A stretch of DNA of 64,000 nucleotides. Source: Chiloscyllium plagiosum. Its lineage: Eukaryota. Both the position numbers and the translations under genes were made by a program. The stretch is taken from NCBI RefSeq assembly GCF_004010195.1, contig NC_057719.1:86828730-86892729 (forward strand). The letters run 5' to 3'. Numbering within the stretch: position 1 is the stretch's first letter; each line of letters opens with the position of its first letter. The notes below the pieces were generated by a model. It was not told where the DNA came from, did no database searches, and saw nothing but the letters and a program-made list of their open reading frames with translations. Shown here one piece after another: positions 39,180-52,660 of this stretch.

Positions 39180-40710
39180 AGACTTAAAGTCGGACAAATC
39201 CCCTGACCTGGATGAATTGGATTCCAGGCTGCTGTGGGAGATAGGCAGGAAATTGCAGGTGCTCTGACACAAATTTTAAATTACTCTCTCGCCATGGCTG
39301 GGGAAGTGCCAAAGGACTGAGGACAGCTAATGTGGTTCTATTTTTAAAGAAGAGTGTTAGAGATAAACAAATTACAGACCGGTGAGTCTCACTTCAGTGG
39401 TAGAAAAACTATTGGAGAAAATATTGAAGGATTGAATTAAGACCCACTTGGAAAGGTATGCGTTAATTAGGGATAGTCAATATGGGTTTGTTGGAGGGAG
39501 GTCATGCCTAAAACATTCGTTGGAAGTTTTTGGAAATGTGATCAAGCGTGTGGATGAGGGAAGTTCAGGTGTTCTTTATATGGATTTTGGCAAAGCTTTT
39601 GACAAGGCCCCATATAGTAGACTGATTTAGAAGATTAAAGAACGTGGAATTGAGGGAAATTTGGCAAGATGGATCTGAAATTGGGTTAGTAGTAGGACAC
39701 AAAGGGTAGTGGTAGCAGGCTATTCAAGTGGCTGGAGGCCAGTGTCAAGCGGTCTACCACAAGGATCAGCACTGGAACCCTTATTATATACATAAATGAT
39801 AGAAGAAAATGTGGGGGGAATGTTAAGCAAATGTGTAGACAACACCAAGTTTGGTAGAGTGGTTAATAGTGAAGATGATTGTAGGTCACAGGAAGATATA
39901 GATGGGTTGGCCTGACAGACAGACCGGTGTCAGATGGTATTTAACTCTGATAAGTACAAATTGATGCACTTTAGAAGAAACAAGATGAGGGAGTATATAA
40001 TGAATGGATAGCTCAGAGGAAGAGAGGGACCTTGAGGTAATTATCAACAGATTCCTGGAGTTGGAAGAGCATGTGAATAGGATAGTTCAGGTGACATATG
40101 GGAAACTTGTTTTCATCAGTTGTGGCATAGAGTGTAAGAGCAAGGAGGTAATGTTGGAGTTGTACAGATTATTGGTTAGGACATAGCTAGAGTACTGTAT
40201 ACAGTTCTGGTCACTTCATTACAGGAAGGATATGATAGCACTAGAGGGGGTACAGAAGAGGTTCACCAGAATATTGCCTGGGTTGAGAAATTGAGCTATA
40301 AGGAGACACTAGATAGGCTCGGATTGTTTTCTTTATAGCAGATAAGATAGAGTGGAGATATGATTGAGGTATATTTGATAATGAGGGGTAGGGAGTGGGT
40401 AACTTGGTTACGGGGTCATTCACGAGGGCATTGCTTTAGAGTAAGGGGCAGGATATTCAGAAGGTATTTGGGAAATAAAAGACTTTTTCCACTCAGCAGG
40501 TGGTGGGATTCTGGAATTCACTGCCTGGGAAGGTAGTGGAGGCCAGAAACCTTGCAACTTTTAAATATATTTGGATGTGCATTTCACATATCATTACATT
40601 CAAAGATATGGGTACAAACGCAGAAAATTGGGATTAATGCACCTTTAATGGTAGTTATGTCAGTGCAGACTTGATGGGCCAAAGCTTTTCTGCAATTTAT
40701 GAATCTATGT
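39180..40710 (+). mobile_element. Decayed CR1-type LINE
   Basis: LIRDSQYGFVGGRSC..MDFGKAFDK and GIECKSKEVMLELY motifs. Confidence 0.85.
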
Positions 40711-41614
40711 ATCACTTTTTCATTATGTTACACACAATTTGTATTGATTATAATTTGTGTAAATATAAAATCTACTAAAAAGAATCTTGTTGCTATTTCT
40801 TCATTTGAAAGTTATTTCAATAATTATTTTGTTTACAGTTCCTACGGGGAACTGTAATTGTTCGTGGCTTTTATAGCTACGCAATCTCATTTAACCTTGG
40901 TTTGCCTAACTTCTAGTCTACCAAATTCTCAATCTTGAAAACATTCTCTTCTCACCTCTCCCTCCATGGCTCAATGTTCATTTCTCATATGGAGTCAAAC
41001 AGCATGGAAACAGGCCTTTTGGCCCAACCTATCTATGCCAACCAGGTTTCCTAAACTGAACTAGTCCCACTTGCCTGTATCCCTATTCATGTATCTGAAT
41101 AATTTAGTCATCTTTGGCTCAATATTTGAGGAAACCCTTGAAAGGCGAGACATTGCTTTTGCCTACATGTCCAAGTTATTTTGAATGTGAAACCAAAGAT
41201 CTCCCAACTGTTTTGGATAAAAGTCATTTTTCTCCATTAAAATATTGTGGCCAGTTAAGACTGCTAACTTTATTTTAAAAAGATATTGATCTGATGCATG
41301 TGTCTTAATATGGAGGACAGAAATCTTTAAGGAAATCATCGAACTGTGGTACGTTCAGAGTCTTTGAGGTGGCCTGAGCAGCTTAGCAAAGCTTTCAGTC
41401 AACTTAGTACAGGTCTGTATGATGGACACCACACTAAAGGCGAACCTCAGAACAGAAAAGAAAACCAGCAGGAAATCAAAGTTAAACAATGAAATCTGAA
41501 ATAAAAACAAAACGCTGGGAAAACTCAGCAGATCTGGCAGCATCAAGTCACGTTCAATATGACTCTCAAGTCATATTGGTCTCAAAGCACTAACTTTGTT
41601 TCTGAAACGGTCAT

Positions 41615-42977
41615 ACTGAAGGGTAGCAAATGTCCCCTTGTTCCAATAGAGGAGTAGAAACAACCCTGGTAATTATAGGCCAGTGAGCCATACTTCGGTG
41701 GTAGGTAAAGTGTCGGAAAGGATGAGAAGAGATAGGATTTTTAATCATCTAGAAAGGAATAATTTGATTAGGGATAGTCAACATGGTTTTGAGAAGGTTA
41801 GGTCTTGCCACACAAACTTTGAGTTCTTTGAAAAAGTGACCAAACAGGTGGATGAGGGTAAAGCAGTTGATGTGGTGTATATGAATTTCAGTAAGGTCTT
41901 TGATCAGATTTCCCACGGTAGGCTTTTGCAGAAAATACAGAGGCAGGGGATTGAGGGTGATTTAGATCAGAAATTGGCTAGCTGGAAGACGACAGAGGTA
42001 GTGGTTGATGGGAAATGTTCATCCTGGAGTCCAGTTAATAGTGGTGTACTGCGAGGATCTGTTTTGGGGCCACGGCTGTTTGTCATTTTTATAAATGACC
42101 TGGATAAGGACGTAGGATAGGTTAGTAAATTTGCAAATGACCCTAAGTTCAGTAGAGTTGTGGATAGTGCTGAAGGATGTTGCAGGTTACGGAGGAACAT
42201 AGATAAGCTGCAGAGTTGGGCTGAGATGTGGCAAATAGTGTTTAATGCAGAAAAGTGTGAGGTGATTCACTTTGGAAAGAGTAACAGGAATAGAGTATTG
42301 GGCTAATGCTAAGATTCTTGATAGTGTGGATGAGCAGAGAGATTTCTGTGTCCATATGCATAGATAACTGAAAGTTGCCACCCAGGTTGATAGGGTTGTT
42401 AAGGCGGCATACAGTGTGTGAGCTTTTACTGGTAGAGGGATTGAGTTTCAGAGCCTGAGGTCATGTTGTAGCTGTATAAAACTGATCTGGTTGCAATTGG
42501 AATATTATGTGCAGTTCTGGTCACTGCATAATGGGAAGGATGTGAAAGCTTTGGAAAGGGAGCAGAGATTTAATAGGATGTTGCCTATGGAAGGAAGCTC
42601 TTATGAGGAAAGGCTGAGGGACTTGAGAGATTGTGTTCATTAGAGAGAAGGAGGTTGATAGGTGACTTAATTGAGACATAAGATAATCAGAGGGTTAGAT
42701 AGGGTAGACAGTGAGAGCCTTTTTCCTCAGGTGGTGATAGCTAGAATGAGGGAACATAGCTTTAAATTGAGGGGTGATAGATATAGGACAGATGTCAGAG
42801 GTAGTTTCTTTACTCAGTAGTAAGGGCACCCTGCCTTCAACATTAGTAGACTTGCCAATTTCAAGGGCATTTAAATGGTCATTGGATATGGATGAAAATG
42901 GAATAGTGTAGGCTTGATGGGCTTGAGATTGGTTTCACAGGGCCGAAGAGCCTGTACTGCACTGTAATGTTCTATGA
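41615..42977 (+). mobile_element. CR1-type LINE RT to 3' end
   Basis: [38 protein letters not shown] motifs. Confidence 0.88.
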
Positions 42978-43139
42978 AATGTCAACTCTGTTTCTCTCTC
43001 CAAAAATGCTGCAGACCTGCTGAGTTTCTCTAGCACTTTGTTTCTATTTATATAAAAAATGTAGCTGTAATTCAAACTTAGTTTTAATTGGTCACAAAAT
43101 GAGACACACCAAAATGAAGGATCAAAGATGATTACATGT

Positions 43140-43145
43140 TTTATT
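43140..43145 (-). terminator. Probable CHP1 polyadenylation signal (3' UTR about 2.1 kb)
   Basis: AATAAA on minus, followed by a GT-rich element (TTTTGGTGTGTCTCATTTTGTG); repeat-free stretch from the stop codon to here. Confidence 0.55.
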
Positions 43146-45233
43146 TATGAAACATACAGATACTCTTCTCATAGGGAAGGTGAAAACTCAATTCAGGGAA
43201 GGACAATAAAACTCAATACAGTATCAGTGAGCCAGCTACAGGCATTCAACAGTTTGTGTTGCATTCAGCTCAGTTCAATCAGAGCAGCACTGAAGGCTGT
43301 TCTGTCTTTGTGTGGGAAAACTTTGGTAATTCTCAGCGTTATCCCATTTACTGAGGGGAAAGGGGGTGGAGGGTGAAGACATGATGCAAGTGAGGCAACT
43401 CGGACAGTCTCTCCATCTTCAGGCCTTTGCTGAAGTATGCTTTGCTCTCCCATGCCACGTTGGTGGTCTTGAAAAGAATGGACACCCTAAGATACCCAAT
43501 TAAAGACACACAAGCCAAAACCTTGGACTTTTTAACAGGAACTCAGCTGATAGCAACTGTTGTGATATTCCATGAAGGAAACATGTAGCATTTTTAAAAA
43601 ATCAAATGGCACGCAGAAACAGCGCCTTTTAACAGCGCCAAAGAGCCTTCAAGCTCACTTCAGCCCCCTTAGGCATGAAGATGTACTTAATATGGACAGA
43701 ACCCTGCAATTTTGCATCAAAACCCAGGCTCATACATACACTGTGCTTCCTGGCACAGGTGGGCTTGAGAATTAGCTTAGCACTTATCCTGAAGCAATGT
43801 CCTGTTCTTCTCTCTCTTTGAAACTTATAGTGACTGATTTAATCTCTAGAATCCTGGAATTGTTTAGGCCCTTCCTTCCAATATGCTAGAATGTGAATCA
43901 CAAGAATAAACACTGTTGAATAAACACTGAGCACAGCTTCACCAATTAGGATTACCACAACTCGGTAGAAATGACAGCAAAAGCTAGTTTTAAATACTGC
44001 AGGAATGAGCGGTTACAAATACAATAAACCAGCTATAGAGCCTGTCCATATAGAAAAGGCACCAAGGACACTTTCCAGTCACATCACCTGGAACGAGACT
44101 GAAGTTTAGAAAAAAAGTCTTAAACTCCCATGTTGTCTGTTAAAGGGCTCTCAGTGAAATTCCCAACGGCATCACAGCATCATTTGAAATCTCTAGTCAC
44201 ATAAAGGAACTGATATTAGAAGCAAACCAACATCTTTAACTGATAAATCAGATAACTAACAAAGAGATGGTAATAGAGAAACCTTTCTGTATTGACAGCA
44301 ATAATAAAAACATTGATTTACAAGTTTCCCATCAGGATTGATAGCCAGGAAGCAAAGGCAGGGAAATTCACTAGTAAACAGTGACATTAACATCACAGTC
44401 TCCCAACCTGAACATGAGCAGATGCCTGTAGGCACATATTGCAATCCTAACCCCTCCACACCATCACCACCAATGGGTCTGCAAGTTTCAGGCAATTTAG
44501 CACTGCCAAGTAAAAATCAATTGCAACCTTGTGTCACAAGGAGTGCACAAGAAAGCCTGGTCCCACAGAAAAACCATGGGGAAAATAGTGTCTTATCATC
44601 AAAATCAAAAACAATCACTCTTCTCCTTGAAGAGGTTTGGAGAAATGGGGCCTAAAACATAACACGTAGAACAGATAAATTGCAACTGGCACTGAAGAAC
44701 TTGTAATAGTAAATATCATGAAAGCCACAATTCATACAACACTGAATTAATAAATACCCTATAATCAACAACCCCCAATCAGAAAAACCTACAAATTCAA
44801 TTAAAATAACTTGATTCAACATCCCCATAATATTGCAGTTTGATTGGGGAGCAGTCCATTTCAAGGAGCACCAGAACAATACAGTCCGTGACAACTATGG
44901 AGCCCCTCAGGCAAGACTGGTTTTCTCTGTGTACCATCACCTGAATGTGCAGCACTGCCCCACCAGCAAGGCCGATTAGTCTGCTCAGTCCAATGGGTGG
45001 CTGTTCAGTGGTACCTGGGATCATCAGGTGAAATGTAGAGCACAGCTCTCTGGTAGGACTCAAAACTAATCGCAAGGAATAACGACTTCCACGACTGCTG
45101 AGCAATGGGGAACCTATGGAATGACTGGCATGCTCCTGTGCAATTGATAAACTTCTCTACATAGTCAGCTAATATGTTGATGTAGTCAGAGGCAGACAGA
45201 GTGTGGAGATCTCGCCCGCTCAAAGTGTGCATT

Positions 45234-45287
45234 TCAGTGAAGGAATCGGATGCTCATCTTCTGCTCAACGTCAACCTTCTCCAACAC
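45234..45287 (-). CDS. CHP1: Calcineurin B homologous protein 1, exon 7 (54 nt, includes stop)
   Basis: catcag|VLEKVDVEQKMSIRFLH-TGA. Confidence 0.97.
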   Translation of the reverse strand: MLEKVDVEQKMSIRFLH

Positions 45288-45631
45288 CTGATGGTGAAGA
45301 GTGAATAAAGTAAGCTGGTCAGATAGATAGAAAAGAGAGAGAGAGAGGAGGGGAGAGGGGAGGGGGGAGTTCTCAACAAATAGTGAGCAGAGACAAAAAC
45401 TGGACAGGTACGGTGCAAAGATTAATGCAATTATTGAGAGTAATGCAGGAAACAGAGCAACTCCGAAAGTTCATTGGATACAGCTTAGTTACTGAAATTG
45501 TATGGTACTGGTGCACAGGTCTGTCACTGTATAACACTGGGATACAGTACATGTGGGTCTGTATCTATTCAATGCCCAAAACATAAGCAGATAGCAAAGT
45601 CTAAAGTGAGAGTATATTGCTGCCCTCATAC

Positions 45632-45754
45632 CTTCTGAAATTCATTGAAAGAGATAGAAAGGTCACCATCCTGGTCTGCCTCTTGAATAGTTCTGTCTGC
45701 GATGCTGCCCAATTGCTCGTCAGAAATGTTGACTCCCACCATCATGCGAAGGAC
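45632..45754 (-). CDS. CHP1: CHP1 exon 6 (123 nt, EF-hand 4)
   Basis: acgtag|[41 protein letters not shown]|gtatga. Confidence 0.97.
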
Positions 45755-46885
45755 CTACGTTGTGATAAAAGGAAGTAAACCATTGACAGTGAACATGTTG
45801 GACACAACAGCCTGCACTGATCAAAGCCTCACTAAAAATGCTAGAAACTTCACACATCAGTGCCAATATCCCCAGTCTTCTCATATCCCTCTCTCACTCT
45901 GTACAGTGATTTTCTTCACTGGTCCATTCAATATGGGCATTGCATGTTTTGGACAGCTTCCACTGAATGTGCCCTGCAGGATGTGGTGAACCATATTCTT
46001 GAACATCTGCTGGTATGTAAGAACGCTCCCATTGCAGTCGTTTTGATCCTGCAACAGTGAAGGAACAACAACATTGTTCCAAGTCAGCGTGGGAACAACC
46101 ACCACACTAACAGGGTTGCTGAAATGTCGATTCTCCTGCTTCTTGGATGCTGCCTGACCTACTGCGCTTTTCCAGCAACACATTTTTCAGCTCTGCATCT
46201 ATTTCCCCAAAATAAAGAAAGGTAGTAAGGTAGTGAAGTGCATCCTTTCAATAGTGTATTTAGTTTTTTAAAAAAAAAATCTTTCCAAAAGTAAATATCA
46301 ATGGGGTTGAGTTCATCACGCAAATTATATTGGGGAGGAGGAATGACAAGTGCTGCACTGTCAGAGATGTCTTCTTTCAACTAAAGTTTGAAACTGAAGT
46401 CCCTGTGTGCCTCATCCTCAAGATGACAGAGAAGATCCTACAACACTATTCCCAAAGAGCAAGACAGAGTTTCTTGGCCAATATTAATCCCTGATTCAAC
46501 ATCACTAAAACAGATTATATGCTTGTGACCACATGTAGACTAGACCAGTTTCGGGCAGAAGATTTACTTCCGAAAGGACATTAGTGAATCAGATAGGCTT
46601 GATGACATTCATCAGTATTTGTGACCATGGGCTACCTTTCAAGTCCAGGTCCACGAATTCATTGTCCATTTTATTAATTAAATTTAAATTCCACCAGCTG
46701 CAATGGTGGGATTTGAACCACTGTCCTTGAAGCATTATGAACTGCAAGTCTCTGTGAATCTATGAAAAGAAAGTCCCATCAGAAAACGCTACAATATTAA
46801 CTGGTAGGAGAATCTACCACTTCCTTGCTGTCCCCTCTGAGTTATGTCAGTTTAACACAGCACCATAGAAAGAAACACTCAGTAC

Positions 46886-46947
46886 CTGCAGGAGCTCTTC
46901 ACGTGAAATCTTGTCATCCTTGTCAAGATCATAAAGTCTGAAAGCAA
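46886..46947 (-). CDS. CHP1: CHP1 exon 5 (62 nt, EF-hand 3)
   Basis: tttcag|(F)AFRLYDLDKDDKISREELLQ|gtactg. Confidence 0.97.
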
Positions 46948-47898
46948 CTGAAACAGTAAAGAAAGAATCATTGTGCAATACTGTATTTTTGAAGGACCGC
47001 AGGCAGCAGAGAGTGAAGCACAGCAAGTGTCACTGATCTCATCTCGTGTTCGCTCCTCTTTCTGAAAGTCTCTTTTCTCCTCCCCTTTGATTTATTCAAT
47101 CTCCTTTGCTCTCAAAACCACTTGCTAACTTCCTCTGTCCATTCAATCACCCATTTCTCTTTCCCCTCTTCTCTACCTTCATAACATATAAACTGTAACT
47201 CATTGTCTGAAGAGACTGAAGCAGATCCTCTGATACACTGGTAGACTCTGTTCCTTCTCACTTGTACATCAGCAGATCAGAGGCAACCTGAAGCATCCTG
47301 TAGGGATAGGGATAATACGAGGAACACATTCACTGGGGTGATTCTGTCGTGGGTGGAAACATGGTCCTGTCAATAGGGGGCAGCAAGGGTGAGAGTATAA
47401 TCTGTCAGCAAAGGACCAGGGCGGGGGGCCACCACTGTTAGACTTTTTCACAGTTCTACATTTTGATGTTGAATGAGATGGTAACTGGTTATTGGATGAT
47501 TTGCTGCCTTGGGAAATATTTTGCTCTGTGCCACACAGAGGAGGCTGTGTCATTTTGCTGTTGGTACTGTGTTAACCTCAGCCGAGTACATCAGTCTGAA
47601 TCGGGAGGCTATCCAAACCCATGCCAGGTTGGTACTTGCTTCCTGCTACACAGGTCCCACACCATCATAACAGATACTCTGTCTCAATCTTCATATGGAG
47701 AGTCTAAAATAAAGCACCTGGTGCCCCTCCCGACTTCCTGAACCACTGCTCTGGCAGGTTCACAGTAAGGCGAGCCCTTGCTACATACAAACAAGAGTCA
47801 CAGTGGGCAATTCATTTACACACTGAACAGTAACTCAGTGTCACTTGTCTAAGCTAAGGTACAGTAACCGCGATTAACCAAAAGAATCAGGTACTTAC

Positions 47899-48026
47899 AA
47901 AGCAGCTTGTTGTTCCTGCTATTGAGTGGTTCAGGAACACGAGGATCTTTGTTTTTGTCACTCTCCTCGATGGGTCGGAAATGAGCAAGAGTCCGCATAA
48001 AGCCCCGGAAATTCACCTGGTCTTCA
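47899..48026 (-). CDS. CHP1: CHP1 exon 4 (128 nt)
   Basis: gctcag|(S)[42 protein letters not shown]|gtaagt. Confidence 0.97.
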
Positions 48027-49373
48027 CTGAGCACAAATGGAAAGAAAAATCCAAGGTTGAGCAGAAAGTGGCCTAGAATTGCTGCAGTAACTGGTCATAA
48101 TGATCAGAGTACAGTGCAGGGCCAGCGCTACTCAACATCATCCAAACGTTTCTGTGCTATACATCTCTACGACTCTAGATGCTATTCTTTAGAGTGTTTG
48201 TGGGGCCAGGGTAAGTATCAGATTGTCCATGCCTGCACATTAAGATGCTGGACAAATGGGAGTAGATGCTCAAAGTCTCTCTGGAAAGCAGAGATCGGGC
48301 TTGGTGTTTGATGTTGGGACCAAATGGGTGGTGGAAATGGCAGATGACCTCATGAATGTGGGAACTGGTGGGAAGAAAAGGTGAAGACAAAGATGAACTA
48401 CTGCTAAGTGCTGATCACAGCTTCACATTATTCATTCAGCAGATTGTTCTGCTACTTTCCCTGTCACATATTTAGCTAGCTTCAAATACAGCTATACTAA
48501 TCATAACACTGATTCCTCATGGTAACCAGCACCTCTGAAATTTCATTTAACATTTATGACTATAACTACCCTATCTCCCACAAGTGAAAATACTTTTCCT
48601 ATATTCTACCCTGCCATAACCTCTCCTTGTCTGAAACTTATTGGATCACAAAGCTTTAAACAAAGGGCTACCTGCTCCCTCTAAGACGGTGATGAGAAAG
48701 ATTGACCCTTTCTACTGTGTCAATCTGAGTGGAAAAAGTCCTTGTCATTGCAAAGATTAAAATTATACGCAAGAAAGTACAAATTAGTAACCTAAAAGTG
48801 AACTTAGTCAAAGTTGGATGATGTTACAGAGATGGAAATAAGCATTCAATAAAATCATAGTAAATTTCATTGTGACCTTATAAATATTTTGCCAGCTAGC
48901 CCTTAATAACCATGGGCTCCCTGGTTACAGAGAATCTATTTACTGCTGTCTTAAAAATATTCAGTTACCCTGTACCCGGGAAATTCTCTCTGGGGAAGAG
49001 AACTCCAGGCTCGCGATCTTTATAAAAAAGTTCTCATCTGTCTTAAAGAGGAGACAACATATTTTGTTGTGTCATCCCAGTCTCTTCCACATACTTTCAG
49101 TGTCCATTCTGTTAATTTCCCTCAGTATCATATTGATCAATAAGATTGTGCCTTATTCTTCTAAACTCTAAGAGATACAAGCCTGTCTTTCCAATTAAGA
49201 CAAGCCCTCAGGAATCAATCAAGTGATGCAACTGATGCCCTTTCTCTGTGCTTTGCTCTAACTTCTTTACAGGCCACAACACACTTCAGTTTTCTGTCTC
49301 TGCCAACTCCGTCTAGCTATCTGAAAGGTGCTCAACAATTAATCATGGAAACACATACTGATTCACTGCTCAC

Positions 49374-49454
49374 CTTTCAGGGAAGAAAGCATTGATTATC
49401 CTGTCTCCAAGTGGGTTAATAGCCAGCTCTGGGATCCGTTGAAAATCTTCACGG
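49374..49454 (-). CDS. CHP1: CHP1 exon 3 (81 nt)
   Basis: ttgtag|(C)REDFQRIPELAINPLGDRIINAFFPE|gtgagc. Confidence 0.97.
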
Positions 49455-51010
49455 CTACAAGGACAGAAACAGACATTTAACTATGATAGCGATGATCTGG
49501 AAAAGCACCCCTCAAATGATGGTCAAATGGCTCATTCAGCTTTAAAGGCAGGAACATACAAAAAGGCTCAAAGAAGCCTTCAGCCCCTCGATGCTCACTC
49601 TATCTATGCCACAGTGCAAGCTCATTCACTCAATGACCAAACCAATAACAATGCAACTCCTACAAGGAGAAGATAGGAAGACTGAGCAGAGGCCAACATC
49701 ATAGAAAACTGGAAAATTCTTACATAATTCTGCAAGACAGTCACAAGGCTTCCAGAGAGAATGGCTCCCGTCAATGCATGCCTAACTATCCCATTACCTC
49801 GAGGTTGCGTTAGAGATTATTCTATCCTTTGTATTAGTTCCAGAGGTTACAAACATAAAATTCTACTTCTTCCCATACCTGCAACCCTAATCTGTCAAAG
49901 ACTGACCGGAAATGTTAACTGTTTTCTCTCCAAAGATGCTGCCAGACCCGCTGTGCTTTTCAAGCATTTTCTGCTTTTGTTTGTAATTTTCAGCAGCCAC
50001 AGTTCTTTGGCTATTTTGTTTATTAAAGAATGACCATCACTCTGTTCAAATTATCATTGATTGTCTCCTGTAGTGAGCTATGTCTTATACTAGGCCCCAT
50101 GCTGTTACACCTGAAGTGGGTATACTCATTTTCTCAGCTACGTCCTCAATTCCAAGCCTTGTCTCTGTAAAGTTTGTTTACATCAACTTAACAGAAATAC
50201 TGGCAGCGGACAATTCACAGGACAAAGCTGAAGCAAAGCCAAGTTTGAGTCCAACATTGTACATCAGCAGCCCAAGTCTATGGGTTAGGGCAGAGAGTAA
50301 GGAAATGATACTTGCTTTGTAAAAAGTTCTACACAGGGTTAACATCTTCAAATGGGTGGGGGAGGAGGTGGTGATGCATGCAGGAAACAGGAGGGGTGGG
50401 TTGGCGCACATGAGAGGGGGAAGGTCATGTGTAAGATGGTAGCTTAATAAGGGCTTCCAGTTAATGTGAGTACCCAGATGCAAAAGCATTTACTGCAAAT
50501 TCACAAGAGAGCTATTCTCATTATGTTTTTTTTAAAATCAAGGTTAAAAAAGATAACTTTAAAAAGGAATCAACACAATGTGCTAACCAGGTTCCCATAG
50601 ACCTTTAAGTGACAGATCATACTCTGTTGTGTGTGGAAGACCACGCATAGACTCCCTCTGTGTGGAATAATTGTGATTAATTTCTCCTGGTGACTGAAGG
50701 AAATGTATTAATTGAGCATCGACAAAGCAAACTGTACAGGGAAGTTGCTCACTGAAATGTAGACAGTATCACTACAGGCCACCGATACTAACCAAGAAGC
50801 CTGCTTTAAGACCATACAATTTTTCAGCATTTTTAGTGTACAGAAATGTCCGAAAGCACTCCTTGGAAGTGTAATCAGAAAATTCACCAATCAGAGGAGC
50901 TTGATCAAAGTTGTGTTTAGGAAAGTACTTAATGAAAGAACACAGTTATATATATATAGCATGTCTGCTGTATCAATATGAGCTGATCCTCTGCCACCCC
51001 ACTGATATAT

Positions 51011-51319
51011 GATTAGATTAGATTACTTAGTGTGGAAACAGGCCCTTTGGCCCAACAAGTCCACACCGACCCGCCGAAGCGCAACCCACCCATACCCATT
51101 CCCCTACATTTACCCCTTCCCCTAACACTACAGGCAATTTAGCACGGCCAATTCACCTAACCTGCACATTTTTGGACTGTGGGAGGAAACCGGAGCACCC
51201 GGAGGAAACCCACGCAGACACGGGGAGAATGTGCAAACTCCACACAGTCAGTTGCCTGAGGCGGGAATTGAACCCGGGTCTCTGGCGCTGTGAGGCAGCA
51301 GTGCTAACCACTGTGCCGT
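51011..51319 (-). mobile_element. Shark SINE (HE1/V-SINE-like), near full length
   Basis: Minus strand GGCACAGTGGTTAGCACTGCTGCCTCACAGCGCCAGAGACCCGGGTTCAATTCCCG head; (TAATC)n tail. Confidence 0.9.
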
Positions 51320-52432
51320 CCACAAATCTCCTGTTCCTTTCTCCAACATGTGTTTATCTTGTTTTCACTTAGGAGGCAGAAGGAATACCAGACACGTCAG
51401 CAGTGGTTAATCTGGTAGCACTCATGCCTCTGAGTCAAGGCTTTATGGTTTCAACTCCTCTTCGAAACTTGAAAACATAATCCAGACTGGCATTCCAAAT
51501 GCCATACCTTCAGTGCTTTTAAACCAGATATTAAACTGAAGTCTCTGAGCTCTTAGCTACCTCAACAAGATCTCTCAGCATGACTGGAAGAACAGAAGAT
51601 TTCACCCTGTCCAATATTTAATACTCATTTCAGATCACTAAAATATAGTACATTCACGCCATGCAAGATCCAGACAATGACCATCTCAACAAGAGAAATG
51701 GTAAGCAGCTCCCCTGATACTCAAAGGAATCATATCGCTGAATTCTGCAAGGAGAAGATCAGTGTCAAGCAGGTGAGATAAATGATTCACTTCCTGACTT
51801 CCCAAAGCCTGTCCACTATCCACAAGTCAGGAGTGTGATGGGATATTCCCCACTTGCTTGGATAAGTGCAGACCCAACAATACTCAAGACGCTTGCAACC
51901 ATCCAAAACAAAGCAACCCGCTTCATCAGCACCCCCAACCTTCACTTTAAATAATGGCTCCTTTCAGCACTGGTACACTGTGGCAGTAGTCTGTACCATC
52001 CACAAGATGCAGAACAGCAACTCACCTTCCAAACCTTCAATTTCTCTAGAAGGACAAGTTCTCTACAAGTTCCCCTTCAAGTCACTGTTTAGTAATTATC
52101 AACATGATTTGTAGATATTGTTTAATATTGTACCGTCATGGAAACTGACATCCATCCCTGAAAAGGGGAGAAAGGAGATGACTTTGGGAGAATTTACTGC
52201 AGAGGGCAGCAGAAGAGAACTGTGAAGGAAGCCTCCAGTTAAGATTTTTTGAGGGATTCCAGAAGTTGAGAAGACCTGACCACTAAGAAGTGAAGTGGTA
52301 GAACAGCTATTTGTACATGCCAGCCCTCTGGCCCAATCCAAGCTGGCACTTGCTAATTGCATAGGCTTTTGCTGTGTAACTAGTGACATTACATTCTATT
52401 TTTGAACTTTTATTAAACTCAACATCTCACCA

Positions 52433-52660
52433 AAAGAGAAAATGCTAGAAAATCTCAGCAGGTCTGGCAGCATCTGTAAGGAGAGAAAAGAGCTGATGTT
52501 TCGAGTCTAACTGACCCTTTGTCAAAGCTTTGACAAAGGGTCAGTTAGACTCGAAACGTCAGCTCTTTTCTCTCCTTACAGATGCTGCCAGACGTGCTGA
52601 GATTTTCCAGCATTTTCTCTTTTGGTTTCAGATTCCAGCATCCGCAGTAATTTGTTTTTA
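52433..52660. mobile_element. Spacerless palindromic Penelope-derived insertion in CHP1 intron 2
   Basis: 99-bp arms (52429-52626) centred on AAGCTT; TCAACATCTCACCA at 52419-52432 and 52661-52674. Confidence 0.85.

Noticed and set aside
41355..41500. Short open frame after an AG, considered as a missing DCTN1 exon
   Set aside because: Translation (SLRWPEQLSKAFSQ...) has no DCTN1 similarity and ends in a stop.
51240..51319. tRNA-like sequence
   Set aside because: It is the tRNA-derived head of a SINE present in several copies, not a tRNA gene.
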